Shown here: positions 10,821 through 26,300 of the stretch, piece after piece
Layout: each line of letters begins with the position of its first letter
Position numbering within the stretch: position 1 is the stretch's first letter
Source: Azolla caroliniana
Lineage: Eukaryota > Plantae > Polypodiophyta
DNA length: 64,000 bases
Assembly (NCBI GenBank): GCA_043228905.1
Contig: JBHGNT010000017.1
Coordinates: 16,554,001-16,618,000, forward strand
Direction of reading: 5' to 3'
The notes under the pieces: generated by a model
What the model saw: only the letters and a program-made list of their open reading frames with translations
What the model was told of the DNA's origin: nothing
Database searches by the model: none
Position numbers and translations under genes: made by a program

Positions 10821-13800
10821 TCCTATGGCTTCTTCTTTTTTGTAAAGATAGTTTGTTATGCACTTGTAAAAAGAAAGGAAAGAAATGTTTGAAAGTGATT
10901 GTGAAAGCGATTTAAATCCGTTTGATTCTTTGCTATATGGAAGAACGAACGTGTTAAAAAACATGTTTCTAATGAATCACGCACATTCCGAACCAGCGTG
11001 TCGAACAAGACATATATGAGAGACTGCATTTCTTTTGTGGTAGGTACCTTGAACAAAAAGAAAATGAAAGATGGTAGGACAAGATAATAGCGGTTAAAAT
11101 GTGATGTGTGGCATGGACCAACTTCCTTAATATATAACCAACTTGAAGTCAGAGAAACGCACGATTTTCATGTTTGGGGTCATGCAATTGTGTTAGTGCA
11201 AGTTGTTGCCTTCTAGATGTAGAGAATTTGATTCCACCACGTAGTACATAGTGGGAAGAGCTTGGAATGATCTTTAGTATGAACCAATTTGTGCCACGAC
11301 TTGTCGAGTCGGAAATTCATGTTTCTTGTCAAAGACTACATTCTTTTCTCTATGTAGTGGCCACTATTTGCACGTTGGTTTTCTTGATGTTCAATTATAT
11401 CCTATTGAGCTTGTTTATATCATTTAATATCTACTACAGAATAAATCAAATATCAACAAAAAAATGTAGAATTTAAGCGACATACATGATATGATGACCT
11501 TTGATCTTTTATTTATTTCTACACAGAAAAGAACATACATTACACTTCATTTGTTTCTATATGTCGTATTTTATTATGATGATAAAAAGCCCAATGCTCC
11601 CTTTGTATGAAAGAGAACATACTTGATATATCGGCCTCTTCTAGGATTTGTTTTGTAAAGAAAGCAACAAACACAAACATTTTCTTGTTTGTTGATGAAG
11701 ATTACACATGGCTATTCATGTATTTCTTGTTTTTGCTTTACAATTTGCCTTCTATTATTGCATTTTTCCAAGTTGGTTGTACATGTGTTCCACTCATTCT
11801 CCTCGTTTATTTCAGTGTTGGAAAATCATATATAGATCTTTCAAATTTCAGAATTTTTGTACAAGAGCATTTGAAGCATGCTTTCTCTATGAATCCTCTT
11901 GTATACATGTATTTGATTCGATTGTGTAGGAAAACACATTGTGTCTTTGCATATGCTTGTGTACATCTCGAAATATGTATGTAGCAATGACCAGCACTTA
12001 CAAATCAAGTTGGTTATGGACAAATCCTATTTGGTCCATAGAAGTATGTTTAAGTCGTAAATAATTATGCTTTAGGACTAGAGTTCTTTACCTCATGTAA
12101 TGTATGATGCATGTTAGAGCGTCACAATATGAAAAGAAGGACCCAATCTTCTTAGTTCACTCATGTACGGAATGTCAAAACAAAATCCCTTCTATAAGAA
12201 CATGCATTCAAATTTGGTAAAGTATCAAATTTGAAAGGATCTCGGCACACCTTTATTAAAAATATCAAAGGAAAGATATTTTATCTTTTGAATCTAACCA
12301 ATAAAGCAATCAAAGCAAAGGGCGCCGATTGAAATTTGTTGAGTATGCATTCATAATAAACATCGAAACGAGTTAATTGCTAATGAAAAGTTCTCAGGAT
12401 ATGAAGTTAGTAAATGCTTGATAGTTTTTTTTACCTAGTTATGTGGTGATATTCCTAAAGCTCGAAGGGGACATTTCAAGTATTATTTGCACTAGAGAAG
12501 TGTATTGGAATTTTTCATGTAAAATCTTTCTACAACATAGTCATCAATAATCACAACCCACAATGTTAATGCAAGTAAACGACATTTGTATATGCCCATT
12601 CTTTGATTACAAAAGGGAATTACTAATTTTACTCATTTATTGTGAAAGGACAACCACGTCTCTTAGATATCACTTTCTATAAGTTTACCACAAACCATTC
12701 GAATCATATTTTTGTTGCAATTGCTCATAGGCCCCCCTTGCAATTTGTTACAATAGTAATAGCCATCTCAACTTTATTGAATGCATTCGACATCGTCTAC
12801 ATTGGCAACTTCTTATAAATGTTCAATGTAGCTAGTAAATGGCAATAGATTTTCATTTGTAGAGAATCCATGGGTAGTGATCAAACTTGTAGCCTTATCA
12901 AAATTAAGGATACTAATATCTCATTGATAACTATCAAAATGCTATTCTACACTACTAAACATATCACACAATTGACGTCACGAAGAAAAGATTAAGAACA
13001 AGAAAGAGGCATGTTAGTACAAGGGTCTATGTATAGCCTAACCTCAAGCCACACCATTAATTATTGAAAGAGAAAACTCTATAATGTACAACATCAACAT
13101 CTAACATTATGCCACACGATTAACTATAAACTAAAACCTCTCTTATTTACAAGGAAAAATGGAGTTTCTCCTTGGTTCCTAGAGATGCATTGATGTTTAC
13201 ACATGAATAATCATATTGTCTAGCAATTATATAGGGATTCAACGCAATGAATAAATAACATGAATTGTCAAAAGACTGATTCTTTCTACAATAGAATTAC
13301 AATAGGAGACATGATAAGACTAAACCATCAATAATCATAACTTATCTAGGACACATTAATTGTGGTCTCTGCTTTATAAAAGAAAGCTAGCATATTAAGG
13401 TATGATACACTATTCTCCCACAATATTATGCAACACATAAAATAAAGGATATGTGGATTGTATTTGCAAAGGGAAACAAGGAGACTTACATGGTACTCAC
13501 ATGTTAGGACACGATAATCTTGAAGCAATTCACACCCACAAGTTATCTGTGGAGTGATAGATGTTCTGCATTGACTCTATGATGAGAATATACATGCTCC
13601 TAGGTGAGCCGTCAACTTGAACTATTACTAATCATGGAGTAAGAAATTGTCACTCATCCTTCAATGCAGTCATCCTAGAGTACGTTTATATGTCAAAATC
13701 ACATATACGCCCTTTTTCTAACCACCATAAGAGGAATGCATCAAAGTTTATTCTACAAAAAAGAAGCCCCAAAAGTGAGGTCTTCAATTCCATACTTTCA

Positions 13801-15208
13801 TGAGCTACGGACCACGGTTTCAAATTATGGCCTTCTTTTTTCTAAAGTGGATCCCAAATATCACTTAATTCCCTTGCATGCCATCTACAATGTGTTCTAA
13901 CTTCTAACAATAATGGCTTTACTAAAAGTAATTTCATATTGGTATCATAAAATTATTTGCACATGGCACATGTAGAAAATACATTATGCATACATGTTTG
14001 CAAGTGGATTCTATACGCTTGGATTCTGAAAATCATATATAAGATGACGAATACATACACGTGCAAAAGGTCTTCATACTATTGCTTTTAGAGTTGGATA
14101 TATTTATCTTTTTGTCATGTATCAATGCAATAAGTAATGCACCCCAACATTTAGGTGTGCACATTAAAGCCTACATTACTTTGTGTCATACCATGAATAC
14201 TTCTTAGGTATCATGTAGAAACTCAACCCTTTTAGAGGGCGTGCTGCATGAATATTCTTCTATTTGAGGTAATGAGATTAAAGCATATATGGACCCATAA
14301 CAACACAAACATTTTATATTTCAATTGAAGATTCCCTAATTTCAGCTATTCAAATGTAGGAAGGTTATTTTGTAGATCTCCTAATTGTGTGACAACTTTG
14401 AAACCAATTGGAAATAAGCACTATTCTTTCTTGTTCCGGTCTAATAGCATTCAACGAAGAGGTTAACACTTATGAAAATCCATTTGTTCTTATTTTTTAT
14501 GTTTGCTACAAATGCAATGCACGCTTATGGAAATGTTAACAATGTGCACTTAGTGGAACTAAGCAATATTCTTTCTTGTTCTAATAGCAAATTCAAATGC
14601 CCACTCAACATACCCCACTTCCGCATTGAGTTTGTGGGGACGTCAAATCTAAAAAATGGAAGAAATTACTAAATTTAAGATAGGTCTTTGTCTTATAAGT
14701 TTTCCTATCACTGGATCAAAATGTATCCCGGAGAGAAAGAGATAGATCAATATGAAGCAAAAAGTTTGAAGGAACATTATTATATGACATTATTGCTCTC
14801 AATTATAGGTTCAATCATGCTCCCATGTGATATATTGTCCAAATTTTCCCGACTTTTGCTTGTGTCCTCATCTCTTATTCATATGGATATATTCTCATAC
14901 CACAAGTATCGGATATGGGTTGATCATAACTTGAACCTTCATGACAATCAATTTAGATTATGCATAAAGTAGATCTACAACCTTGGAACAAAAAAGAAGA
15001 GATTTTTGTTGTAGGAACTTTGGAAAGCAATACCACTATTGTTGAGTCGACGCTTAGGTTGTTTAATGCTTATTATGCTCTCCAACTCATTGTTCCAATA
15101 ATCTACTCCACTCTTATTATACTGACAATATCATAGGGTGCCTTTCTATGGAGTATCCTTCGTATCTCCTAGAAATTGTTCGCATGCGGAGAACATGGAT
15201 CCACGTAG

Positions 15209-15619
15209 TAACAATCGACAACAGTTCAGTTTGAACCAAACTAAACCACGAAACTATGGCATAATGGTTTAAACAGTTTGATGGTTTAGAGTTGCCAGTT
15301 GATTATGTTTTTAAACAACCTTTTCATTTTCAAGCCTAATTCTCACATTTTAGGAAAAATCTTTAAATTTTGAAAAATTTAAAATTAAAATAATGAGAAA
15401 TTTAAAATTTAAAATTTGAATTTTGACCTAACTTGAAAATCGAAATGGAACCACAAAACCACGGTTTAATCGTTTAAAAGTTTGAATTTTTTGTAACGGT
15501 TTGGTTTAAATGGTTTTATGGTTTGGTTCAAGTTTCAAAATTTTTAAATGGTTCGGTTTCAAACCGGTTCGATTTTGACACTCTCAAACCCAACCGAACC
15601 AAACCGTCGCTGATTCTTA
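15209..15619. mobile_element. hAT-type MITE, copy 1 (AACCG-rich)
   Basis: Termini TAACAATCG...TGATTCTTA; TSD CCACGTAG/ACACGTAG (7/8 match); reverse-complement homologue of 38573-39013. Confidence 0.8.
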
Positions 15620-16067
15620 ACACGTAGTGCGATTCGCGAATATATGTTGGTTGTTGGAATTATGTCGAGAAGAAAGCAAAAGATTAGTGCACACGTGTGC
15701 AAAACAAGAACGCTTCTTGCTAAGAAAACAAAGATAATCGATGCTCGTACAAAAACGAGCATCAGTTGACGCAATACGTGTATGTACTATACGTGTATGT
15801 ACAATACGTGTATGTACTATACTCTATTTACATGTGTATACACCCTAGTCCACAAGGAAGTGTATACATAATTGATATATATATATATATATATAGGTAC
15901 ATACATGCATAATGTATATGTATATATATAGATAGAGATAGATAGAGATAGATCTATAGATATGTATATAATGTGTGTGTATTACTAATAGGAGTAGTAG
16001 AAGGGCTATTATCACTCTCTCTTTCAACCCTTTTTTTAACTCTCTTTCTTTCTCCAAGAAAGGAAGG

Positions 16068-17619
16068 ATGACTACCAACACTTACATCTCTCCATCATCG
16101 TATACCAAAAGGTATCAAAGTTTCTCCTCTCAATTCTCATAAACTTGTATCCCACACACATACACATCCTTCACAATTTGTAGTCTTATTATGTCAAGCA
16201 TATGTTTATGTTTATGTTTATGTTTAATGGACCTCTCTCTCTAACTATGGTTTAATAGCTTTCTTCTAATATTAGGCTTTACTTGATTACATTTGCTATG
16301 CCTTCTCTCTAGTAAACCCATACTTCAACTATGTTGAGTCATTAACTTATCTATGCTCGAGATTCGGTTTTCGATGTAATCACCAAACCTCTTATTATAT
16401 AAATCTTCATGGATCAACCTCCTTGGACTACTCCGTAAATACTCCAATGTTGTGGCGCCCTATCGAAGAAACTTCTCCTCGACCACTCGAATAACATACT
16501 GGAGAAATCCTTGTTGTGAACACAAATATGCATCACCCATACCACATATACCCATGATGCATCCAGCTAGGTTCGAACCCACGACCGAAGTACTAAAACC
16601 ATCATTTGAGGGATTGATTGTAATTATGAATGATGGTTTGAAGTAAAACATGTTTAACTTCTTTTGTGACAATACCATTGCACAATATATAAGGATGAGG
16701 AATTATGTAGGTATATGCCATTAAAAGTGATGGAATTATGTATGTATATTTACCAAAATGATCATCATTAAGTGTTGGGAATTCCCTCATTTTTGTTGTA
16801 AATTGTGAATGTAGTAGTAGATTGGAGGGCAAGGTGGCCATCATCACAGGTGGGGCTAGTGGCATCGGGGAGGCGGCCGTGTGCTTATTTGTCGAGAATG
16901 GGGCCAAAGTAGTGATTGCAGACATCCAAGACAAGGAAGGCGGGCGGTTGGCCGAGAGCCTCGGACCCGACTCATGCGTCTACCGGCATTGCGATGTGAC
17001 CATGGAGCATGAAGTCAAGGACCTAGTCGCGTTCACACTCGACAAGTGGGGCAAGCTGGACATAATGTACAACAATGCCGGCATCATAGGGCGCATGACC
17101 TCGGAAGATGTTGGGGGCCTTGACATGGAAGACTTCGACCATGTAGTGGGTGTGAATGTGCGTGGTATGGCACATGGCGTGAAGCATGCGAGCCAAGCTA
17201 TGGTGAGGTCCGGGACCAAAGGATCCATCATATGCACCGGGAGCGTGTCTAGCACCACGGCTGGCATGGCTCCCGTGGCCTATACGATCTCGAAGCACGC
17301 CGTCCTTGGCCTTGTCCGGGCAGCCTCGAGTGATCTCGGTAAGTTTGGGATCCGCGTGAATTGCCTCTCCCCTTGGGGTGTTGTCACACCCCTCCTAGTC
17401 AACTATATGCGGGATGCGTTCAATGAACCCTCGTTCACACCCGAAGACGCTCGGGCTTCTCGTGATTCCCATTCTAACCTCACCGGCCATTCTTTGTCCA
17501 CGCTCGACATTGCAATGTCGGCACTCTATTTGGCTTCGGACGAGTCTCGGTTCGTGAGTGGCTTGAACCTTGTCATCGATGGCGGGTTTAGTGTCACTAA
17601 CCCGATCCTTTTGAAGTGA
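16068..17619 (+). CDS. Classical short-chain dehydrogenase/reductase (SDR110C; ABA2/Tasselseed2/secoisolariciresinol dehydrogenase-like); exons 16068-16111, 16821-17619
   Basis: MTTNTYISPSSYTK R|LEGKVAIITGGASGIG (TGxxxGxG), NNAG, catalytic YTISK, GLNLVIDGGF. The phase-2 intron inside the Arg codon is typical of the family. Confidence 0.92.
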
Positions 17620-17843
17620 GGGACATATGGTTTTATGTATATAGCTATCCTTCAAGATTATTTCTAGGGCCAAAGTTTCCAATCTTGATATGCACATCAA
17701 GTTTCATACCCAATGGAACATTGAATAATCAAATTGCTAGTTTTAGATAGATACATTTCTTGCACCATAATTCATCAAGTAAATGAAGACTAATATTGTC
17801 ATCATTTTGGCATATACATTCATCTCAATGTCTCTAAACAAAC

Positions 17844-18306
17844 TCCTCAATTTCATCATATACATTCATTTCAATTTGGGCAAATAAAGTCTCACACCTT
17901 GCTACATTATGTATTGTGTGTGCCTCAACATGCAACTACTTACCAAGCAACATCTAACTAATGTGCATTGCTTATGTAATTGTGGTATTTCTCAACGTCC
18001 TCAATTTCATCATATACATTCATCTCAATTTGGGCAAATAAAGTCTCACACCTTGCTACATTATGTATTGTGTGTGCCTCAACATGCAACTACTTACCAA
18101 GCAACATCTAACTAATGTGCATTGCTTATGTAATTGTGGTATTTCTCAACGTCCTCAATTTCATCATATACATTCATCTCAATTTGGGCAAATAAAGTCT
18201 CACACCTTGCTACATTATGTATTGTGTGTGCCTCAACATGCAACTACTTACCAAGCAACATCTAACTAATGTGCATTGCTTATGTAATTGTGGTATTTCT
18301 CAACGC
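17844..18306. repeat. Tandem repeat, 154-bp unit x3
   Basis: tcctcaatttcatcatatacattca at 17844, 17998 and 18152; identical spurious ORFs lie 154 bp apart. Confidence 0.95.
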
Positions 18307-21199
18307 GTTGCCAATTAACTCTATCCTACTTTGGTGATTCCAATTCTCACGCCTCATCTTTGTTTGACAATGTAATCTTTTCGACATTGATAAAAACAAA
18401 ACATAAACAACATAATCATGACTCTATCCAAAATATAAAGAACTACCTTCCCGTTGCTTGTCTAAGTTTAACTCATACAATGACCCTTGAGCCTTTAAGT
18501 ACAACATGCAAGTATCATGTTTGAATATCTTAATTCTTGCAGTTGCAACTACGTTCTTTAAATTGGGGAATAGATACAAGTGCTTGTTTTCTCAAACCTG
18601 TTATGGCTTTATTGAAAAATTGGATTCTTTAACATAGGTTGTCCAATATTTCATAACTCAAGGTGTTACATCTTTAAAGTTTCTATTGTTTTTGTTTAAA
18701 AGGAAAGGCATCACATGGGTTAAGCATTGAACTAAGACGATAAAATATATTTCCTCTTTTTTCCTTTTCTATATGGCGATTCAAAAAAAGTTAGAGATGT
18801 ATAAAGTGTCCTTTTAATGGGCACAAGATGAACCTAAGTGTGGACAAACACATGATAGATGCATTTAATAACAAGAATCCACCAACATCAATGAAAGAGA
18901 AAAATAAAGGAAAAAGTCATCATAGAGAGGAACTTCCCCCCTTTCTTTCTAAACGTTTGCTCATTATACCTACCTAGTTTAATTGCTTTGTAAGAAAAAT
19001 GTTTTGGCACTCATTCTCAAAGTACAAACTTTTAACTTCCTCAATAATTATAGAAACTATTGGGGGGATTGACCTTCAAGAGATTTTGGATGAGTTGCTC
19101 TTGTTGTTGTTTTGGCTTGACCAGAAAAACTTGTACTTTGTCTCGAATAGGAACAAACTTTTTGTATTCCAAAGCTCTTCTTATGAAGTTGTCGTGTTGG
19201 ATAAAAGATTGGTTGATTCTTTGATATGAGGTCTTCTTTCTTTTGAGAAATAAAAAAAATCATTGACATTTGACAACTCTTTCGGTTGCCGACTCAAATA
19301 TAAGCAACCCTATCATTGTAGACACTTTTGCAAATATCCACAAGCACTTCATTAACGTATACAATCATATCTCTTCTTGATGTGGATGCAATATCTCCTT
19401 TATAGTTTTTATTACTTCACCTTCAATGAAAATGCATGGGAAAAATATCTAAAAGCTTTAAAACGATCCATGAGGATTTTAAGGGGGAGTGAAGGGCCTA
19501 CCTCAATTGGATAAAGTACTCGTGCTTAGAGAGGGTTGTTAATTTGAAACCTACTCAATATAAGGGGGATCCTTAGGTTGGAGAAGTTCTTTCATTCCTT
19601 TTATCATTTAATTCTTCTCCCTCGAATGTTAAAGGGATTGAACGATTGGGGACTTTAACAACCCTTCCAATAGGTTGCGCAAGAAAAGAGACGAATAAGA
19701 GAGAACATTTAACAACACTAAAATCGGGTTTGTAAATATTTTACATGCCTCTTGAAGCATGCTCTTTCATTACTCATAGAGCATTAAACACATGTGGAGA
19801 CTCGAGAGTGAGAGGAATACAACGTTAAATAAACACCTACGCTCGCACATTGTTTGGCAGAATTTGTGCATTAAATGTTTATCTACTAAGTACTCACTAA
19901 TTCATCAAAGGGCCACTATCGAATTGATGGTTATAATGACTAACTATTAGATGACCTAGTTAGTTCAATATTGCTTTCTCTCATGTAAATTTTTATGTGT
20001 ATCGTGGGTGGTGATACATGGGTACTAAGTCATGTAGTCTTGAGAAGGGGTCGATGAAATAATACAACAAATGATTGAGTGAGAATAAGAAAGTTGACTC
20101 AAAATAAACAATATTCGAGAAGAGATCAAACCAATGCCTAAGTTCTCAAGGCCTTAAAAATGGTTTGCACACTTAAAAATGTTTCAATCTTAGTAGGTGT
20201 TGTGTTCTACGCCTACGATGGTGTGGCAACATTATTTTGCAAAATGTAAACATTATGTGAAGTTATAGAAAGCAGTAGAAGGTTCTTGAAGTTAATACAA
20301 AACTATCGAAGATTGTAGAGATTTATCTAACCATTCTTTCATCTTATCATTGTAGATTTGTGGTATAGGAATAAATTCATGTCAAGTTGTGATTCAATGT
20401 CTAGGTAAAACAGAACAACCTTGTAAGAAAGAGAGGGATGTCGTGGAAGTGAAATTTCCACAAATTTGGTGTATCCAAATTGTGGGGATGACTTTCTGGC
20501 CACTCACTCTTAATCCTATTAAAGTCTTCAAAGTTGTGGTTGTTAGAATTGAAGCAATCAATGAATTTGTTGTAAAAGTTGGTTGTGTTGAATTTCTTAT
20601 GTTGTTTAACTATTGCAACATCTTCTATTGCCACGGATAGTGGTAATTTTTTATGCATAGAAGGTATGCAAGTGGGTCATTAAATTGGAGGGTTTTTCTA
20701 AGTGTAGCTTCTACTAGTCATTGTTTCTTGAATTTAAGTGTTGTGAGTTGAGCAGGACAAAGTGCACAATCTTTGTGCGTGTGTGATGGGTGGGATGTTT
20801 CTGTGCGTGTGTAGTGTAGTGTCATGATGTGGTGAGGTGTATGTGAAGGGAGAAAAGTGCCTAAATGTCAAGTTTACAATAGGCTAAGGTTCTCATTAGA
20901 GATGTAAGTCGAAGGAGATGAAAAAGAAACCAAACAATTGAAGTTGCAAGAGTTATCCCCCTGAACAATTGGACAAAGGTTCAAATCTCGTTAGGGCAAC
21001 ATAGAGGGGAAATGTTGTCTACATTGCACAATATATAAGGATGAAGTATGTGATAAAAACATAAGGAGAGGGACGCACATTTTGTGAATGTCCAATATCT
21101 CCCAAGGTGGAGTGACATGGAATGCTACAAAAAGGAAGTTCCTAATACCTATTTTGTTAAGAGGTCTCTTGTAAGTTATAAAAGGAGAAAGAACACTCA

Positions 21200-22150
21200 T
21201 TGTCAATAGTTATTTTTTTGATTGATTTAGCATTCATGCTTCATTGGTGAACGGCAAAGGTTTGTGAGAGAACTACCATAACCAAGGCGAAAAGCCTCTA
21301 ATTAGATACTAATCACACCAACTCTAAGAATACTCTTCCATATTTTTCTTTCGTTATTCTTGATCTCTCCTAAACATGTGATAGGGTTGATCATTGCAAA
21401 GGACTTAATTGTATCTTGTTGTCTAAGCCTTTTAGAATTATTGCAAACTGTCGGAAATATTTCCATCTTTATGTCTTCAAAGAAAGAATTGTAATTTTGC
21501 TTTTTGCAATTCATGATTGAATAAGATTGCCACAAAACTTTTGACGAAAATCCAACCAACATGTGTAACTTTGCACACAAATTTATGTTATTTTCAAGGA
21601 AGATGGGATTTTATCCATGCAATAAGGTGATCAGATTCTCATATAATTGTTTCCACAAGGAACATGACATGTTTTTTAGATCCAAAATACAAGTCAAAGG
21701 GAAGAAATTGCAAAGAAAAAGAAAGTTAACGAATGACAAGATTTGATCCTACAACACCAGATTCCAAAATATTTGATGCTCTTCTAATTGGCCAATGCTT
21801 GAGCTTCAAGCGATGGAATTTCCTCCAACATTTAAGAAAAGGAAAACCTTCAAATAACTTAATTATCTGAAGGTCCCAAGCCTTCAAGTAATCCCCGGGC
21901 TTCATGAAATTCCACGAAGGGGCAAAGAGAAACAAGCTCCCTAATGTTGATTGTTGACACAACATGGAACTAGAGGAAAGTGAAGGAGTAGTCAAGTTGC
22001 TCCCAAAAAACTTGCGTTGGGGCAAATGTTGCCACCACATTGTACACATACACATACACCAAGGTATGATTCATGTTGGAATTACTCCAAGGTATGATTC
22101 ATGTTTGTTCCCCCGAGCAAACTCCATTCACACTATCAAGCTATTAACCT
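21200..22150 (+). mobile_element. Highly decayed L1-like RT remnant
   Basis: Near 21360 the sequence reads as a frameshifted DLSKA.DRVD motif; LVNG at ~21244. No intact ORF. Confidence 0.3.
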
Positions 22151-23339
22151 CATATATCTAGTCTTAACGAACTCACTCCTCTCTCATTGACAACTCCTAA
22201 CTAAGAAATTGATTCTAGCCTTAATGGAGCTTAAGCATTCATTATATTGTTTCTATAAAATATACACTAATAAATACAAAACCCTAAAATGCAACAAACA
22301 TGGAAAATTACAAGAAAAAGAAACATCCAATATTGAAAAACAAAGTAACCATAAAATTAAATGTGAAAGGAACTCTAAAACATTATAAGAGAAAACCATA
22401 TTACACATCTAGAATCCCTTGTGAGAGGGGTTAAATTACAAGTAAGCAACATCCAAGGATCTAAAGTTTTGCTTAAATTCGACTTGAGAGCATAGTCCTT
22501 GGACTCTATTGAAACATAGATTGAAGAGAATGAGAGAAAGTTGTATGGTCAACATATTAGTGAGAGAGGTATTGCTTTTGTGGAAATTAAGGGAAGGTTG
22601 CCAAAACATTCAAGTTGATCCAAGGAGAATTACCTCCTATAAGAATGTGTGAGGCAAATAATCATGAAAATTTCAGTCATCCCCGTTACATTTATGTAAC
22701 AGAATACATTTAATCCGCTCTTTATAACCTAGCTCATGCATTTTTTTGTTTCATTATGCAATGTATTGTAGTGTATCACAAATGAGAGTTTTTGGAATTT
22801 TTTTGCTTATTGAGGTACAAGTGTTGTAATGTGTGTGTGTTTGAAAATAATTATGGTGGCCACACACAATCGAGCATACATAGCACACTTCTATGAGATC
22901 ATGTATGGTGCCCAAAGGCTTTTTTACTTTGATTGATTTTCCCACAAATTTTTGAGAACATTACAATTTACAACAACTTTGACTTATGTACACAAGTAGT
23001 ACTCTTATCTTTGATCTGCTCTTTGTAGGCATTCAATTATTGTTGAATTTGGGAAATATTGTTCTTTTGTAGACGGCAACATTTTGCATTTTTTCAGCCT
23101 GCTACAATAGATCAAATGCATGAAATGATTTTCCAGTCTATTGAACAAAACCTCTTTGATTCAATCTGCTGTCCTTAATCTTGCATGTTTTTCTTCGATT
23201 TCAAGGTATAGCAAATGCCTCATATAACATGCTTTCAATTTTAGCTGCCATTTGTAAACTCCTCAATAGGATACATCTCACAAAGTCTACAACAAATAGG
23301 GTAAAACAGATTTTGCCATTTCGTCGGAGTAATAATTCT

Positions 23340-26300
23340 CTACAGCATCCATCTTAGAGCATGAACTCCAAGAAGGCAGCCAATCCCTGTACCGATCGCA
23401 TATCCTAGTGTGCCAACCAGAACTGCTGGCTTGACCTGTAATGGATCAAATCCACCACCACTAGTTTTGTTTAATTGATGACTTCTCGATAGGCATTACT
23501 TAAAATGGGTTGAACTCTTACCAATTCTTGCCAGCCACGACAATTCGCCATTGCAGCTGCAGTTGCTGGACCGCCTATGTTGGCATTGGATGCTACTAAC
23601 ACCTAAAATAGCTACAACATAGTATAGTTATTTCTTTTTTGGAGAAATATAGACATGTCCAAAAACACCCACAAAGATCATGGAATGAAATCATAGATAT
23701 ATGAATTAACTACCATGCGCATTGGGAGTTTCAACCGGCTTCCGAGATATAAAATGACACCGAAGTGAACCTAAACATAAAAAACAATAAGAGAACATAA
23801 CATAAAAAAAATGGTAGAGATTCATCCATTGTGTGATCTTCACTTACAGATATGAGTATAAGAATGAAGACCAGAAGTGGCCAACCTCCGATGAAAGCAT
23901 CTTTAAACCCAGCGGATGCACCCACCTAGTAGTTCAAACTAAAAATCTTAGCCTTTATGCAATGCAACGCATGCATTTACGTGTACCAAATGCTCTTTGG
24001 AAGTATCAATGCATCTAATTAGTTGATGTGATCACCAATACAAGTAATCCTGAAAACTCTTCGTGTGAACACCCGTGCATCTCATTAACTAACCGTAGAA
24101 AGAAGAAAAGAGACTGGGGGAGCTCTAGATGCAAATGGAAAGAAAAACCAAGAAGACGATATGGGTATTATATATACAGATATAACCTAGGTCTACATCC
24201 AGAAGACCCAATATTCTTCCATTTAGTTATCTCTCAGCTAATTTGACTATGTTATTAAATGTTTTTCATATAGAACCAGCGAAAAAAATGGGTTCCTCAC
24301 CACTGAAAAATAGAGAAGCATAAGACTTGAACCAATAATTTGGGACCCGGCAAATATTTTCACATTCGACGTCTGTGTTCCAGGATGCAACCTTGCAGCA
24401 ATGGCCGAGAAACAAGAAGTAATCAATGCACTGATGGCTAGACCACTCCCTGATACATATCAATAACAAAAAAAAATTAGTGTTTATCACATGTCAGTTT
24501 GCAATGCTTTGAATTGCAGGCCTAAATATAAATTGTGCATTGTTAATCGTTTGAAACTTTTCCATTTGCTAAACACAATGGCTCTTAACGTTTCTTTTTT
24601 TTCGATAATATAGAGGCTGTGTGTGTCTGGTTGCCTGCAGTGTCCAGTGTAATGTGAAAGAAAGGCTCAAGGTTCTAACCAGAGGAATCCATAGCCTTCC
24701 TCCAACTAAGGGGTGAATTCACACACTAGAAGAGCAATCCTTTATCATGGGCCTTTCCAGACATTGCAAGTGCCATTCTGGATGTAGTCTAGGCACATAT
24801 ATGCATGCACAAAAACATATGGACTTCATGGCAACATCCTTTTGAGGTTTGCATACCATGATAACATAAAAAAGAAATAGAGAAAAACTTTTAGTGGACA
24901 TAGTAAACCTGCGAATGAGGCAGGAAGTAATTTTGCGGCTGCATTGCCAATAGTGCAAGCAGCAGCTGCAGCTGCCAATGAAGTTGAGATTGTTTCCACA
25001 GTTGGTGGCGTACTATTCAACGACACATCTCCTGCAAATATGTCACACTCTTATAAGTATATATGCGGACATACATGCATGTATACAGACAGACAGACAT
25101 ATAGAACATAGTGTATGCATGTATGGATGTCTGCATGCATGCATGGATGGCCGGATGGATGGATGGATAGATGTATGTATGGATATATGGATGTAATGCA
25201 TGTATAGCATGCATGGATGGATGGATGTATGCATTTACATATGTATTGGTTATGTATGTATGTTTATACATATATTGGTTATGTGAAAAATCAAGAAAAT
25301 TGACAATCACCATCTGTTTCTGAGGTAGACTTTTCTAGCTTGTCTGGTATAAACATAATTACAGCAAAGTATGCCGCCATGGCCAGATTATCTGCAGCCA
25401 TTCCTGCCGCTATACTTGTGGAAGATAATCCCAATGCCTAAAAACCAAAACCAAAATCGTCTTGGGAAAATCAGACTTGAAAATACACATAGAAACAATT
25501 CCATCACAAAAATGCAATATCAATTTGACAATCCAATTATAAAGATCAAGTTTTATTAATAAGGGACAGACATCCCTCAGTATCCATATACAACAAGAAT
25601 TGATACTCCAAGAGTTTTTTAGTGACTCGTAGAATGCATTGACATTTTACTTGAGATGTTGCTGCATAGTTGATGGTACCACCTATATAGCTGGCACAAA
25701 GTGATGAAGCAATCTGAGAAAACCAAAATATGAAGGCGAATGGAAATTAATCCCTAGACTATTTCATGTATACACTTTCGTAACGATCAAACATATATAA
25801 AAGAAAATCCATTTGTCAAAGAGATGCATATAGATGATTGTCATTCAGAAAGAAAAACAGGTAACGTAATTTAAGGAGAAAATGATCTACCTTCCAGCCA
25901 TCTTTTCCCATTGCAGGACCAACAATCTTGAAGGAAACTAAAGTTCCAATAATTGTTCCCAAGGCTCCATACCAGAAAGCTTTCAAGGTTAAACCTGATA
26001 CCAAAATATACTACTGTTAATTCACACTGGCAAGGTTTTCGTTTTGGGGATTATTATGCGTATAACATACCTGAAGAGCGTGCATTATCAATCAAACAAT
26101 CAATTGGAATTTAGAAGACACACAATTGATTGAGATAGGATAATTCTCTCGTATACAAACGGTACTTTCCTTCAAATATTTCTCCATGATGTTCACGCGA
26201 ATGTAATTCATATTCAAATGACCTTATCTTAAAAGGATCGATAACCCTCCCAAATGTTAAATTCTTTCACTCAAGTTTGTTTCATAAGAAATACTATATC

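Noticed and set aside
11100-15100. AT-rich stretch with short ORFs as a decayed DNA transposase (also ~36300-37900)
   Set aside because: No motif could be recognised with confidence; a profile search is needed.
16560-16600. GGTCGTGGGTTCGAACC (- strand) in the SDR intron as a tRNA gene
   Set aside because: Only a T-arm/B-box match, with no convincing A-box or cloverleaf; at most a SINE relic.
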